The notes: a model not told the origin generated them from the letters alone. Shown: positions 21,695-31,876, counted from the first letter of the stretch. The stretch is 32,000 nt of DNA from Candidatus Uhrbacteria bacterium (GCA_016188425.1 JACPHX010000018.1:3164-35163); one strand, 5' to 3'. Numbers and translations are program-made.

Positions 21695-23548
21695 ATGGTT
21701 TCAAAAGCGGATATTTCTTCTTCCTTGCTCCTCCCGGTCAGTACGGAGCCCAGTTGGAGCCCGGATGATTCGCTGTTGGCGTATAGGAGTACGCACGATG
21801 AAGGGAGCCAGTTGTATACCTATAATCTCCTCACAAAAGAACATGTACGGCTTTCCCATGGACGAAAAGTGTCGACTTGTACGTTTTCTCCTACAAAAAA
21901 CGAAATCCTCTACGGAAAAAAGCGGGCAGGATCAGATGCGGTCACGATGTACATAGCAAATATCGCAACCGGTCGGTCATTTTCTCTTTTCAAAAGCGAA
22001 CATGAACTGCGGCGCGCTAAATGGTCGCCGGATGGAAAGTGGATTGCGGCCAGTCTCCTCGTCCACGGGGCGACCAATGTGCAACCCGTTATCATCCCGC
22101 GCACTGGCGGGACTCTCACGGAGCTCCCCTCGCCATCTGGCTGGTGCGAGCCCGTCTGTTTCTCCCCTTCTGGGAACATCCTCCTCCTGCGCGAGCGCGT
22201 AACGACTCGCCACGCGCGCTGGTGGTTCCTCCACCGGGACACCAACGAACTCAAACCCTTTCCCATGGAAGAATCGGAAGAAGAGACCGAACTCCTCTCC
22301 CCGATGTGGGCAGATGAGAGGCATTTGCTCTTCCTCTCCAACTTTGAACGGGAATTCCTCTCTATCTATGAATTCAACCTCAAGACCGAAGCTATCACGC
22401 TTCGTCTGGGTCTTGAAATGGATATCGAGCTTGCCCAACTCCACGAGCCAACGCGGCAAATCCTCGTTTTGACCAATGAAAGTGGTTTTCGTCTCGCTTC
22501 CGTCTGCGATGCGACGACCTTTGAAAAACAAAAAGGTTGCCCAAAAACCGACGGACTCATCTTCCACCCAGAGTGGTCCCACGACGGCACTCGCCTGGCA
22601 TTCGCTCACCGATCCCCGCAAGCCCCGTCGACCCTTCATCTCTGGGATCTCCGTACCAATGAAGTCTCCTCCGTCCTGGACGACAACCAGCGCCTCGTGG
22701 ACTCCCACGGCCATCGTCTTCCGCTTCGCATCAACGCCCCATCCCCGACCCATGTCTCGATTCCAACCTTCGACGGCCGTTCGCTCCACGGTCTCCTCTA
22801 CAAACCAGATGGGGCTCCCAAAGCCGCTGTCGTTTATGTACACGGCGGCCCATCGAGCCAAATCCGCCCTGCCTACTATCCGCTCCTGGAAGCATTGCGA
22901 CGCGACGGGTTCCTCGTCCTTGCCCCGAATATCAGAGGAAGCCGTGGGTTTGGGAAGACCTTCATGGCGCTCGATGACCAAGAAAAGCGGCACGATTGCT
23001 TCAAGGACATGGAAGCAGTCCATCGATATCTGACAGGCACGCTCGCGATGGATCCGCAGAGGATCGGTATCGCGGGAACGAGCTATGGCGGGTATATGAC
23101 GATCGCGTCGCTTGCCTACCAGCCAGAGCTTTGGAAGGCGGGTGTCGCGATGGCCGGCTTTGCGGACCTGCAACATTTTCTTGAACGCACGTCCCCGCAT
23201 CGTCGTGCACTACGAGAAAAGGAGTATGGATCGCTTAGCAATCCCGAACTTCTGCAATCGCTCTCCCCGATCCATCACGCAGACCGCATCCGCTCCCCAC
23301 TCCTTCTTCTTCATGGCGGATTGGATCCTCGCGTCCCTGTGAGCGACGTAGAGCAACTAGAAGAAAAGATCCGTTCGCATGGCGGGCATGTGGACCTGCA
23401 CATCTACCCCAAAGATGGCCATGGGCTCTCGCGGCGTTCGAGCCGGGCGGACATCGCCTTCGAAATGATCCGGTTCTTCGAAGAACATCTTGTCCGTAGC
23501 AAAAAGATACCCACAAGATCTTCGCCGAACCCGTTGACGAAGGCCTGA
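21695..23548 (+). CDS. S9-family serine peptidase (prolyl oligopeptidase / acylaminoacyl peptidase type) with an N-terminal beta-propeller
   Basis: I start it at the internal ATG 21695, because ORF-track start 21620 overlaps the tRNA. It has TolB-like repeats (WSPDDSLLAY, WSPDGKWIA, WSHDGTRLAF), the catalytic GTSYGGYM, and downstream D and H residues. Confidence 0.9.
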   Translation: MVSKADISSSLLLPVSTEPSWSPDDSLLAYRSTHDEGSQLYTYNLLTKEHVRLSHGRKVSTCTFSPTKNEILYGKKRAGSDAVTMYIANIATGRSFSLFKSEHELRRAKWSPDGKWIAASLLVHGATNVQPVIIPRTGGTLTELPSPSGWCEPVCFSPSGNILLLRERVTTRHARWWFLHRDTNELKPFPMEESEEETELLSPMWADERHLLFLSNFEREFLSIYEFNLKTEAITLRLGLEMDIELAQLHEPTRQILVLTNESGFRLASVCDATTFEKQKGCPKTDGLIFHPEWSHDGTRLAFAHRSPQAPSTLHLWDLRTNEVSSVLDDNQRLVDSHGHRLPLRINAPSPTHVSIPTFDGRSLHGLLYKPDGAPKAAVVYVHGGPSSQIRPAYYPLLEALRRDGFLVLAPNIRGSRGFGKTFMALDDQEKRHDCFKDMEAVHRYLTGTLAMDPQRIGIAGTSYGGYMTIASLAYQPELWKAGVAMAGFADLQHFLERTSPHRRALREKEYGSLSNPELLQSLSPIHHADRIRSPLLLLHGGLDPRVPVSDVEQLEEKIRSHGGHVDLHIYPKDGHGLSRRSSRADIAFEMIRFFEEHLVRSKKIPTRSSPNPLTKA

Positions 23549-23578
23549 AAAAATGGTGTTCTGGCAGTAGAAACAATC

Positions 23579-23615
23579 GGACTCCAACCTTCGGTGGTGG
23601 GAGTCCTTTTTGTTT
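23579..23615 (+). terminator. Rho-independent terminator
   Basis: GGACTCC-14 nt-GGAGTCC followed by TTTTTGTTT. Confidence 0.75.
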
Positions 23616-23660
23616 CGGCGCCTTAATGTACGCGTTTCGAAACGCACTCACTATTCCCCT

Positions 23661-25859
23661 ATGCTTATTGGAGGAAAAACCTTTAGCTTTGGCGTACTTA
23701 TCTCGAGCCTCTTGCTCCCATCCTTTGCGCACGCCACCCCCCTTCCATCGGTCATTATCAGCGAGGTCAATTGGGGCGGTTCTGCCCCGAGCGTCGCCGA
23801 TGAATGGATTGAACTCGTGAACCTCACCACCGATCCTGTCGATATAAGCGGCTGGACGCTTGCCGGAGCCGCTTCGGGAACCGCACTGATCACGCTTCCG
23901 CCTGGGAGCCAAATCCTCTCGGGAGGAACCTTCCTGATTTCCAATTACGATGCCGACGCCCCTAACAGCGCCCTTGCCCTCACACCATCCTATGTCACTA
24001 CCACGGTTTCGCTCTCTAACTCGTCCCTTTCCCTCCTCCTTGCAGACCGAGCAGGAAATCTCGTGGATGAGGCAGGAGATGGAACATCTCCTTTCGCTGG
24101 AAGCGCTCGCACAACTGGAGGAGCAGGAGGAGTGTCCATGCTGCGCTTCGACCCCTTGCGAGCTGGAACTCGAGCAGATGCTTGGGTGAGCGCGATTGAG
24201 TCGCTCGGATTTGACACTGGATCGATTGAAAAGGGAACGCCAGGCGTCCTTGATGGAAACCTGCGTCCGTTCGTCACGGTTGTGCAACCGATCGTGGAGC
24301 CGACGCCGGCTCCTGTGGATGCAACTCCGGTTGTCGACGATCCGTCTCCGACTATCTCCGACCCCTCTGCACCCCTTGTGCCTCCTGCGCCACCCATCAT
24401 CGAAACGATCAATATTATAAACGACCCGCTCCCGGAACCGATTCTTGAGCCGGTAGTCGTGACGCCGGTCGTCGTTCCCGTCGTCCTACCGGCCCCGGAA
24501 GTCGAGCCAGCGACCGTCTCCTTCGAAAAAGGACGGATTGTCATCAATGAACTTCTGCCAGCGCCTGCTTCGGGAGGAGACGAGTATGTGGAACTATATA
24601 ATCCGGGTGCTGATCTTCATCTGGAGGGCTGGCAACTTCAAGATGCGTCCAATCACCTTACAGAGATTTCTCCCCAGGAATTCCTTGCCAATACCTATAT
24701 TGTCATCGAGAGTCCAAAGGGGGCATTGAATAATGGCGGGGACACGGTAACGCTACTCTCCCCAGATGGAACAGCCATCGACCAAGTCACCTACGGGACA
24801 GCCGACCTGCCAGCCCCGGCCTATGAAATATCTATCAGCCGCACGAGTGAAGGACTCTTCCAACTCACCCCCTTCATGACCCCCGGCACGGGAAACCAAT
24901 TCCCGGTCCAAGATCCCGTCGTGATCCCGATGCCCGATCCCATCGGCACTGTCGTTGCAGACCCGATCATCCCAGTCATTGTGGAACCGGTGACGCAACC
25001 CGTCGCCCCTCCAGAGACGGACGCCGCCGCTCCCCCCGTCTCCCAAACCGACCCGACGACCTTCCAAGACCCGGCGGTTATCTCCGACCCCTCCTCCCTC
25101 CCACCTCCTCCCTCCTCCCTCCTCCCTCCAACCCCCGACATGCAAAAATATCCCATCATTACAGATTTCTCCGAGATCGAGGATGCGGCAGTGGAAACCG
25201 TCGTAACTCTGGAAGGGATCGTTCTGTACGGACCGGAAATTGTGGGACCAAGACGGGTGCTTCTAGGGGACAGCCAACAGACCATGGTTCTCTATAAAGC
25301 CGACAAGCTCTATCCAGCGCTTCCACAAGGAACCAGAGTCCGAGTTCAGGGGGTGGTACGAAAAGCAATGGGAAAGAAACGAATCGTGATACGGAAAAAG
25401 GGGGGTGATTTCCTCACCGTGCTCCCCGAACCGCTCGAGGAGACGCCCTACGCACAAGCTTGGGACTCCGAAAGTGCGGAGGTGGGAGATTTTGTAGAAA
25501 TCGAGGCAGTCCTCGTCAAAAAGTCTGGAAAAACGCTCATTCTCGAAACAACGAACGGAACGCTCATGGCACAGCTTCAAAAGAACATCGATCTGACCTT
25601 GTTTCCCCTTATCAAGCAAGCGGGGTCAGGAGTCTGGATCCGCGGAGTGGTCGCGGAACGTTCGCCAGATAAACTCATGGTATTCACGCAAGCGGACATC
25701 GTCATCACGCCCGCACTCCCCTCACCAGAAACGGCCGCGGAAACAATCGTGGCAATAACCGACTCCAAAAAGAAACGCTCGTTTCCGATTGAGATCGCTC
25801 TTCCCGCCGGTGCCGCGCTGGCAGGACTCGGAATCAAACGGTTCAAAATGCCAAGCTGA
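23661..25859 (+). CDS. secreted protein with two lamin-tail domains (LTD) and Pro-rich linkers
   Basis: I start it at the internal ATG 23661, which gives the signal peptide MLIGGKTFSFGVLISSLLLPSFAHA. The LTD signatures are ISEVNWGG..DEWIELVN and INELLPAP..DEYVELYNPG. There is a C-terminal hydrophobic anchor. Confidence 0.8.
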   Translation: MLIGGKTFSFGVLISSLLLPSFAHATPLPSVIISEVNWGGSAPSVADEWIELVNLTTDPVDISGWTLAGAASGTALITLPPGSQILSGGTFLISNYDADAPNSALALTPSYVTTTVSLSNSSLSLLLADRAGNLVDEAGDGTSPFAGSARTTGGAGGVSMLRFDPLRAGTRADAWVSAIESLGFDTGSIEKGTPGVLDGNLRPFVTVVQPIVEPTPAPVDATPVVDDPSPTISDPSAPLVPPAPPIIETINIINDPLPEPILEPVVVTPVVVPVVLPAPEVEPATVSFEKGRIVINELLPAPASGGDEYVELYNPGADLHLEGWQLQDASNHLTEISPQEFLANTYIVIESPKGALNNGGDTVTLLSPDGTAIDQVTYGTADLPAPAYEISISRTSEGLFQLTPFMTPGTGNQFPVQDPVVIPMPDPIGTVVADPIIPVIVEPVTQPVAPPETDAAAPPVSQTDPTTFQDPAVISDPSSLPPPPSSLLPPTPDMQKYPIITDFSEIEDAAVETVVTLEGIVLYGPEIVGPRRVLLGDSQQTMVLYKADKLYPALPQGTRVRVQGVVRKAMGKKRIVIRKKGGDFLTVLPEPLEETPYAQAWDSESAEVGDFVEIEAVLVKKSGKTLILETTNGTLMAQLQKNIDLTLFPLIKQAGSGVWIRGVVAERSPDKLMVFTQADIVITPALPSPETAAETIVAITDSKKKRSFPIEIALPAGAALAGLGIKRFKMPS

Positions 25860-25860
25860 T

Positions 25861-26064
25861 ATGCAAAAAGTCGCCATCAGCGCCAAAAAACTCCAAGAGG
25901 AGATTGAACGCCAAGCCTTTGCCTATGGCATGCCGCCCGCGGTCTCGACCCTCCTTGGAGAACATGTCATTACCCTCTTACAAACGGCCGTCACAACAGC
26001 ACCCTCACCTATCAGACTCTTCCACTATGGAAACTACCAACACGGAGAAAAAACAATGGCTTAG
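25861..26064 (+). CDS. hypothetical small protein (67 aa)
   Basis: Its ATG lies 1 nt after the LTD stop. It overlaps the next ORF by 38 nt. Weak case. Confidence 0.3.
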   Translation: MQKVAISAKKLQEEIERQAFAYGMPPAVSTLLGEHVITLLQTAVTTAPSPIRLFHYGNYQHGEKTMA

Positions 26065-26239
26065 CGAACTTGTCGGTCAAGTAAACACTCTCTCGGAGGA
26101 ATTCGGCCTCGATCCAGCTTCAAGCAGCAAGTTACGGGAGTTCATCCTTGAGACAGCCAGAAATAAGTATAAAGCAGGAAACAAAAGCGGCGCCCGATGG
26201 GCCTTCAGCCAGATGAAGGCGCAGCCCCAGACGGCCTGA
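26027..26239 (+). CDS. hypothetical small protein (70 aa)
   Basis: This is the internal ATG of ORF 25904..26239. METTNTEKKQWLSELVGQVNTLSEEFGLD... has helical, protein-like composition. Confidence 0.45.
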   Translation: METTNTEKKQWLSELVGQVNTLSEEFGLDPASSSKLREFILETARNKYKAGNKSGARWAFSQMKAQPQTA

Positions 26240-26246
26240 CCTAATA

Positions 26247-26306
26247 AAGAGGCCAAGTCTCCCTGTACAGACGCCCGATTCGGGCGTCTTAGGAGCTTGG
26301 CCTCTT
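26247..26306. terminator. nested hairpin between convergent genes
   Basis: The outer stem is AAGAGGCCAAG/CTTGGCCTCTT and the inner hairpin is AGACGCCCG-ATTC-GGGCGTCT. Confidence 0.6.
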
Positions 26307-26892
26307 ACAATTTAATTTCTTGAACGGGCGGCGGGGCTTGTCGTGCCATGGCTCCCGGCCCGTGCCGCGCCCTGTCTTGCTCTACCAATCGTAAAATCTG
26401 ATGTTTTACCTGCTCCGGATTATCAATAGCTTTGAAATGGAACTTGATCGCCGCGCTTGAGGTTTGAACTATAACGTCGCCATAGGACAAGAGCGTTTCC
26501 AGGACCCCGGACATTTCCGAGGTCACATCCTGGATATCCGCCAGGTGCAACTCCGAAGCGACACGCTTGAACAACCCCATCTGCTCGATACTGATGACCC
26601 GTTCGTTGGTGACGATCCACGTATCCAGATAATAATCCGTGAGCTCCACGAAACTGATCACCCACATGCCCAAAAAATAGATGGAAAGCAATACCGCGAG
26701 CACGGGCCCCAAGAGAGGACGGGAGAGCCAATCCAACACCGTCTCGCGAAAAGCAAAGAGGAGAAGGATCGGGAGTATGAACGTCAAAAAAAACATGAAA
26801 ACGAGCTGGACGACGGCAATCCAGTGGCGACGCAGGAATAGCTCCGCTTTTTCATCCTTCTGCTGGTTGGGAAGATGGTCGAGATTCATCAT
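26305..26892 (-). CDS. membrane protein with a bacterial PH (YdbS/YdbT, DUF304-like) domain
   Basis: This is the internal ATG 26892 of ORF 26305..27075. Two TM helices are followed by YYLDTWIVTNERVISIEQMGLFKRVASELHLADIQDV. Confidence 0.65.
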   Translation of the reverse strand: MMNLDHLPNQQKDEKAELFLRRHWIAVVQLVFMFFLTFILPILLLFAFRETVLDWLSRPLLGPVLAVLLSIYFLGMWVISFVELTDYYLDTWIVTNERVISIEQMGLFKRVASELHLADIQDVTSEMSGVLETLLSYGDVIVQTSSAAIKFHFKAIDNPEQVKHQILRLVEQDRARHGPGAMARQAPPPVQEIKL

Positions 26893-27155
26893 AGGGTTGC
26901 GGGGCCGGAGAAGAGCTCTTGCAGGGAGAGGGCCTGATGCCAATCGAACGAGGCCATCAGTGCCATCGAAGCGATGAGGAGCCCCAGGGATCCAACGGAA
27001 AAAACAATGATGATATTCCAAAGCAAGCGGGAGCCAATCCCGTATCGCACCAAATTGTGCAAGTTGAGGCCGCAATAAAGCAAATAGAAAAGGACGAAAA
27101 GCAAGTAGGGAATCAAGAGGATCGCGAGAGGGATAACGATTTGGCCGTCTTGCAT
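26889..27155 (-). CDS. small integral membrane protein (88 aa)
   Basis: ATG at 27155 with AGGAG 4 nt upstream. It has three hydrophobic segments and an ATGA overlap with the downstream gene. Confidence 0.65.
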   Translation of the reverse strand: MQDGQIVIPLAILLIPYLLFVLFYLLYCGLNLHNLVRYGIGSRLLWNIIIVFSVGSLGLLIASMALMASFDWHQALSLQELFSGPATL

Positions 27156-27170
27156 ACGTCTCCTATTCTA

Positions 27171-28187
27171 TCACGAAGGCCGCAAACCGATATGTTCAAA
27201 AGCCCGAGGCGTCGCCACGCGGCCGCGAGGCGTACGCTCGAGCATGCCGATACGCAACAAAAATGGTTCATGGACGTTCTCGATCGTCTCTATTTCCTCG
27301 GAAGAGGAAGCGGCGAGCGTAGAGAGACCAACGGGACCTCCATGAAAAAGTTCGATGATCGTCACAAGCAGCCGCCGGTCGACCGCATCCAGCCCAAGCG
27401 GATCTATCTCCAGCATAGCGAGCGCTTCCAGCGCGAGCGATTCGTCGACCGCGCCGGATCCGCGGATCTGCGCCACATCCCGGACGCGGCGGAGCAGACG
27501 GTTGGCGATGCGAGGCGTGAAGCGGCAACGGGTGGAGAGCAAGGCGACCGATGGATCGTCGATATCGACATGGAGAATGCTGGCGCTCCGCCTCACAATG
27601 GCCTGCAAATCTTCCTCGGAGTAGTAGTTCAAGTGGAACACGGCACCGAACCGGTCGCGCAGAGGCGCAGAAAGCAGCGAGAGTCTGGTCGTCGCTCCTA
27701 TGACAGTAAACGGCTCAAGATTCAGACGAAGCGTGCGCGCGGTTGGTCCTTTCCCCACGATAATATCCAGGACAAAATCTTCCATCGCTCCATATAAAAC
27801 CTCCTCGATCGTCCGATTCAAGCGGTGGATCTCATCGATAAACAAGACGTCCCCTTTTTTTAGGTTCGACAGGATCGATGCCAAATCCCCCACCTTCTCA
27901 AGCACCGGGCCGCTGGTCACTTTGAAGTTGGATCCCATCTCCCTGGCAATGATGTGGGCTAGCGTCGTCTTCCCCAAGCCAGGGTTCCCATACAAAAGCA
28001 CATGCTCCGTTGGCTCGCCACGTCCTTTTGCTGCCTCCAAAAGGATGGAGAGGTTGCGCTTGATGATGTCCTGGCCTACGAAATCACTCAAAGTCAGAGG
28101 TCGCAGCCCGACCTCTACTTGGCGTTCCTCCTCCCCTGCCCCATCAGCCACTGCCTGTGGGACTATTCCTTCATCTCGCTCGATCAT
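27171..28187 (-). CDS. ruvB: Holliday junction branch migration ATPase RuvB
   Basis: [12 protein letters not shown], Walker [12 protein letters not shown], Walker [11 protein letters not shown], and sensor [17 protein letters not shown]. The ORF-track start 28196 is a TTG, so I prefer the ATG at 28187. Confidence 0.95.
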   Translation of the reverse strand: MIERDEGIVPQAVADGAGEEERQVEVGLRPLTLSDFVGQDIIKRNLSILLEAAKGRGEPTEHVLLYGNPGLGKTTLAHIIAREMGSNFKVTSGPVLEKVGDLASILSNLKKGDVLFIDEIHRLNRTIEEVLYGAMEDFVLDIIVGKGPTARTLRLNLEPFTVIGATTRLSLLSAPLRDRFGAVFHLNYYSEEDLQAIVRRSASILHVDIDDPSVALLSTRCRFTPRIANRLLRRVRDVAQIRGSGAVDESLALEALAMLEIDPLGLDAVDRRLLVTIIELFHGGPVGLSTLAASSSEEIETIENVHEPFLLRIGMLERTPRGRVATPRAFEHIGLRPS

Positions 28188-28273
28188 ATGCCCCAATTAT
28201 GGAGACAGACGAGGCAACAGACAAGCCCGAAATCAAAACGGCGCCTGCTGATGATTCAGCAAGCGCCCGCGTA

Positions 28274-28389
28274 TACGTTTTCTCCTTCATTGTCACCTCT
28301 TCCACGGGCGGACAGGATGGCCACCCCTACGTTTTCCCTTCATTCTCCCCCTACATTCTCTCGCAGGCGGACAGGATGGCCGCCCCTAC
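28274..28389. repeat. two tandem units of about 54-59 bp
   Basis: TACGTTTTC(T)CCTTCATT...GGCGGACAGGATGGCC(A/G)CCCC occurs twice. Each unit holds a GGCGG-9 nt-CCGCC-type hairpin on the minus strand. Confidence 0.7.
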
Positions 28390-28394
28390 TGTAC

Positions 28395-29348
28395 TCACCC
28401 AGCCATCCGCTCGAGGGCGGGGGGGCGCCCAGGGAACAAGGTCCAGACGGCGTGACGGACATCCTCGCATTGCTCGATGATGCCCGGGCTCCGATCGGAT
28501 CGAATCGTCGCCATCAGACGAGACCACTTCCCGCTACGTCCGGCGATGAACCGCGCGAACCACAGATGTGCTTCCCGCACCTTTCTGTCCTCGAGGGCCT
28601 CGTACCCTGTGAGCGGAACGATGCTGGATCCAACAGGGTGTCCGCAAAGGAGTGCCTGTTCTTCGCCAAGATGTGGCTCCCCGCGGCTCTCGAGCACGAC
28701 GACGTATCCGCATGACTTTCGTTCGTCCCACAAGACGAGATCGACGCGTCCGGATCCTTCGTCGGAACGCCTGGGGGCATAGGCATAGACACTCGATGGC
28801 AGCGCTGCCAGGAGGCGTGCCGACGCCAACGCTCGGGCAAACATCCGCGCGTCCCATCGTTCTTCGCGCACCAAGTGATGGAGACGTACGCGTCCCATCC
28901 AGGACAAAGATAGCAACCCCACAGGAAGGAATCGGTGAAGGTAGGTCCGCACCAATGAGGTGACGCGATTGATGGTCGGGGTATCTCCCCCATTTCGCAA
29001 GCTCTTCAATGCCTGCATGACACCGAAACACGCGGCGGAGAGGACCAGGGCCTTGGGAATGCCCATAATCTTCGCCAACCGATAGAACGGAGCCAAGACC
29101 GATTTTTCCAGCCGCTGGTTTACCTTGTCGCTCCCGACGATCTCGAGGATTTTCTGCGCCTGATTCTGCCCGCCCTTTGCCGCGAGCCGCATGATATCTT
29201 CGAACCTGTCGTTGGGGGACCAGTCGTCCTGTGGCGCTTTGATGCGGGAAAGCCCCGTCGTCGGGCGCAAGTTGGCTGGAGCAGGACGTCGAACCCTTCT
29301 GGGCCGTTCCATGATCTCCAGGAGTTTTTCGTTTTCTGATGGTCTCAT
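28395..29348 (-). CDS. hypothetical protein (317 aa)
   Basis: ORF track 28395..29381 starts at a TTG, so I use the ATG at 29348. It has protein-like composition and no motif I can name. Confidence 0.7.
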   Translation of the reverse strand: MRPSENEKLLEIMERPRRVRRPAPANLRPTTGLSRIKAPQDDWSPNDRFEDIMRLAAKGGQNQAQKILEIVGSDKVNQRLEKSVLAPFYRLAKIMGIPKALVLSAACFGVMQALKSLRNGGDTPTINRVTSLVRTYLHRFLPVGLLSLSWMGRVRLHHLVREERWDARMFARALASARLLAALPSSVYAYAPRRSDEGSGRVDLVLWDERKSCGYVVVLESRGEPHLGEEQALLCGHPVGSSIVPLTGYEALEDRKVREAHLWFARFIAGRSGKWSRLMATIRSDRSPGIIEQCEDVRHAVWTLFPGRPPALERMAG

Positions 29349-29424
29349 TTTGTCTTCTTTCTCTTTGCCCCAGGGCAGCAAAGCCGCTTACCATACACAA
29401 AAATGGGGGTTTCGTCAATAGCCA

Positions 29425-29460
29425 AAGCAAAAAACAAAAAACAGCTATTTCGCTGTTTTT
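29425..29460 (-). terminator. Rho-independent terminator after tRNA-Leu(TAA)
   Basis: Minus strand AACAGC-GAAATA-GCTGTT followed by TTTTGTTTTTT. Confidence 0.7.
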
Positions 29461-29547
29461 TGGTGGGCGGGGAGGGAATCGAACCCTCACGGCCTTTCGG
29501 CCTTGGAATTTTAAGTCCCATGCGGCTACCAATTACGCCACCCGCCC
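29461..29547 (-). tRNA. tRNA-Leu (anticodon TAA)
   Basis: From the reverse complement: acceptor GGGCGGG/CCCGCCC, anticodon arm TGGGA-CTTAAAA-TTCCA, long variable arm AGGCCGAAAGGCCGT, T arm GAGGG-TTCGATT-CCCTC, and CCA encoded. Confidence 0.9.
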
Positions 29548-29597
29548 ATGAAGGCAAGGATAAGGGTCAAAAGGAATCCGAACAAGCCCCCATTCCC

Positions 29598-29828
29598 TCA
29601 CGATCTCGTAAATACCCCAGAACACCCCTTTTCGTGTTTCTCCATCTGCCAACGAAAATCTTTGTGGAGCTGGTCCGCATCCTCTGGGGCGAGTTCATCA
29701 AAGAGCGACCCGGACATATGCGAAAGCGGTTTGTAAATCGCCTTGATGTGGTCTGCGACATCAATAGGGCCATAGTATTCGTAGGCCTCCCCGCATTTGT
29801 TACAGGTGAACGTATATTGTTTGCTCAT
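29598..29828 (-). CDS. small CxxC protein (76 aa)
   Basis: Its ATG lies 9 nt after the polX stop. MSKQYTFTCNKCGEAYEYYG... has protein-like composition. Confidence 0.55.
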   Translation of the reverse strand: MSKQYTFTCNKCGEAYEYYGPIDVADHIKAIYKPLSHMSGSLFDELAPEDADQLHKDFRWQMEKHEKGCSGVFTRS

Positions 29829-29837
29829 ACGGATTTC

Positions 29838-31574
29838 TTATGTTTTTAACGCTTTGAGCGCGGACAAAAGCGCGGGGGCAGATTTTGTGTTCAGCACATC
29901 CGCTTTCTTCGCCCATCCGCGGCGCGCGGTGCCGACGGCAAAACGCATCCAGTCCATATCTTGCGCCCGGTGCGCGTCGGAATCAAGGACGAGTTTTACC
30001 CCAAGGCCCACGGCTTGCTCGACAAAGGAATCCTTGAGATCGAGGCGATTTGATCCGTTCACCTCCAAGGCGACGCCGTATTGCTTGGCCGCGCGCAAGA
30101 CGCGCCCCATGTCGACTGCGTAGGCCGGACGCTCTAAAACGACTCTCCCTGTGGGATGGAACAGGATATGCACATGCGGGTTTTGCATCGCCGCGATGAT
30201 ACGGGCGGTCATTTCCTTCTCCTTCATCGAGAAAAGGGAGTGCACCGATATACCGACGATATCCAACGTCTTGAGCGCCGCATCAGGGAAATCGAGTTTT
30301 CCGTTTCGTAGCACATCACATTCGATCCCTTTGAGGAGATGGAACCCTTTTGATTTCTTGTTGAAACGATCGATCGCCAATCCCTGGGAAGCGAGCCGGC
30401 GTTCATCGAGACCGCGGGCGATCGTGAGTGAGCGGCTGTGGTCGGTAATCGCCGCATAGGAATATCCGCGATGCCTTGCTTCTTTCACGATCGTGGCGAG
30501 CGAATCTGCGCCATCGGACCAATCGGATTGCACTTGGAGGTCGCCTTGCATATCTGTGAGCTCGACCAATCGTGGCATGCCCCGTTCTTTTGCCTGCTCA
30601 ATGACACCAGGCCATTCTCGCAGCTCTGGAGGGATGAACGGAACTCCGAGGGTCTTGTACACCAACTCCTCCGTGCCAGCGACCAGACGATGGCCGTGTT
30701 TGAAAAGGCCGTACTCGGAGAGTTTGCATCCTTTTTTGATGGCGATAGTGCGCAACGCGATGTTGTGGTCCTTGGACCCGCTCAAATAGAGCATCGCGGC
30801 ACCCCAGACGGCCGGGCGAACGATACGTACATCACAATGCATCCCGTTTGTGAGGTGTGCGGTGATACTTGTCTCCCCTTCTTCTATAACCTCGCGTACC
30901 TGCGGGAGCCGATGGAGCGCGTGGCGGAGCGTGGGAGCATCTTTCGTTGAGACCAATAAATCAACATCGCCGACAGTCTCCTTGAATCGTCGGATGGATC
31001 CGGCCGCTTCGGCCTGACGCACCCCAGAAATAAGGCGAAGTTCCTCGACTATCTTCTCTGCGATATACCACCCTTCATGGAGCAAGAACCGCCCCTCATG
31101 TCCCTGCGCAAACGCGAGCGCCCGACGAAGTTTGTCTTCCCTGCGCCCCGTAAATCCTTCGGCTTTGGCTATTTTTCCTTCATCCACTGCCTTTTTGAGA
31201 TCGGCGAGTGTCCGTATATTGAGCGTGCGATACAGAGCCAGTGCCGTCTTGGGCCCAACATCCTCCAGCGAGGTGAGGGCGAGCATATCAAACGGATATT
31301 TCCGTTTCATCTGCCGGTACGCCGCGATCTCTCCCTTTTCCACGCCTTCAATAATTTTTTCCAAGATACTCTCCCCCACTCCTGGCACCCGCTCAATGCA
31401 TTTCTCTCCACATTGATGGTACATGACCGACAATTCCTCATCGAGCCCGCGCACCGATTCGGCCGCCTGCGCGTATGCCTGGGGTTTGAACGCAATGCCT
31501 TCCGCGGACAAAAAAAGACCGATTTCCTCTAGGCGGTCGGCGATCTCTTGGTTAGTGAGCGGGTGAACGGGCAT
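29838..31574 (-). CDS. polX: family X DNA polymerase with C-terminal PHP phosphoesterase domain
   Basis: I start it at the internal ATG 31574 (MPVHPLTNQEIADRLEEIG). It has helix-hairpin-helix blocks (VPGVGESI, DVGPKTA), GDVDLLV catalytic aspartates, and then the PHP motifs AITDHS...HIL FHPTG...DSDAH. Confidence 0.9.
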   Translation of the reverse strand: MPVHPLTNQEIADRLEEIGLFLSAEGIAFKPQAYAQAAESVRGLDEELSVMYHQCGEKCIERVPGVGESILEKIIEGVEKGEIAAYRQMKRKYPFDMLALTSLEDVGPKTALALYRTLNIRTLADLKKAVDEGKIAKAEGFTGRREDKLRRALAFAQGHEGRFLLHEGWYIAEKIVEELRLISGVRQAEAAGSIRRFKETVGDVDLLVSTKDAPTLRHALHRLPQVREVIEEGETSITAHLTNGMHCDVRIVRPAVWGAAMLYLSGSKDHNIALRTIAIKKGCKLSEYGLFKHGHRLVAGTEELVYKTLGVPFIPPELREWPGVIEQAKERGMPRLVELTDMQGDLQVQSDWSDGADSLATIVKEARHRGYSYAAITDHSRSLTIARGLDERRLASQGLAIDRFNKKSKGFHLLKGIECDVLRNGKLDFPDAALKTLDIVGISVHSLFSMKEKEMTARIIAAMQNPHVHILFHPTGRVVLERPAYAVDMGRVLRAAKQYGVALEVNGSNRLDLKDSFVEQAVGLGVKLVLDSDAHRAQDMDWMRFAVGTARRGWAKKADVLNTKSAPALLSALKALKT

Positions 31575-31654
31575 ACCTCCAGGGGCAGTATAACAAAAAG
31601 GAAGGGGAAGGGAGAATGGAGAATGACAAAAAAATAAGAGAGACACGATGTCTC

Positions 31655-31876
31655 TCAACGAAGATTGGTGAGCGTGCGGATCGCTTCGACTTCCTTGGGA
31701 GGAATATCCAGCGATTGCAGCGCCATCAAAAGGTCGAACAAGGAGGTGAGCAAATCGACTCCTCTCCCCAGCTCGACGGTGTGGACGGTGGGCGGGATTT
31801 CCTGCCGAAAGAGCACAAGGAACTGATTCGCCGGATGGTCGCCCGGCATCACAAAGGCAGACAGCGGGTCGGTCAT
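31655..31876 (-). CDS. hypothetical protein (73 aa)
   Basis: Its ATG overlaps the upstream stop (ATGA). No motif recognised. Confidence 0.45.
   Translation of the reverse strand: MTDPLSAFVMPGDHPANQFLVLFRQEIPPTVHTVELGRGVDLLTSLFDLLMALQSLDIPPKEVEAIRTLTNLR

Noticed and set aside
21977-24287. Long minus-strand ORFs 21977..23200 and 23235..24287.
   Set aside because: They are antisense to the well-supported S9 peptidase and LTD genes, and their composition is Arg/Gly/Ser-biased.
26919-28715. Plus-strand ORFs 26919..27797, 27700..28251 and 28002..28715.
   Set aside because: They are antisense to ruvB and the membrane-protein genes, and have no motifs.
28534-29532. 332-aa minus-strand ORF in another frame of the 317-aa gene.
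   Set aside because: It runs through the tRNA-Leu(TAA) gene and its terminator. It is Arg/Pro-rich, and the 28395..29348 frame is far more protein-like.
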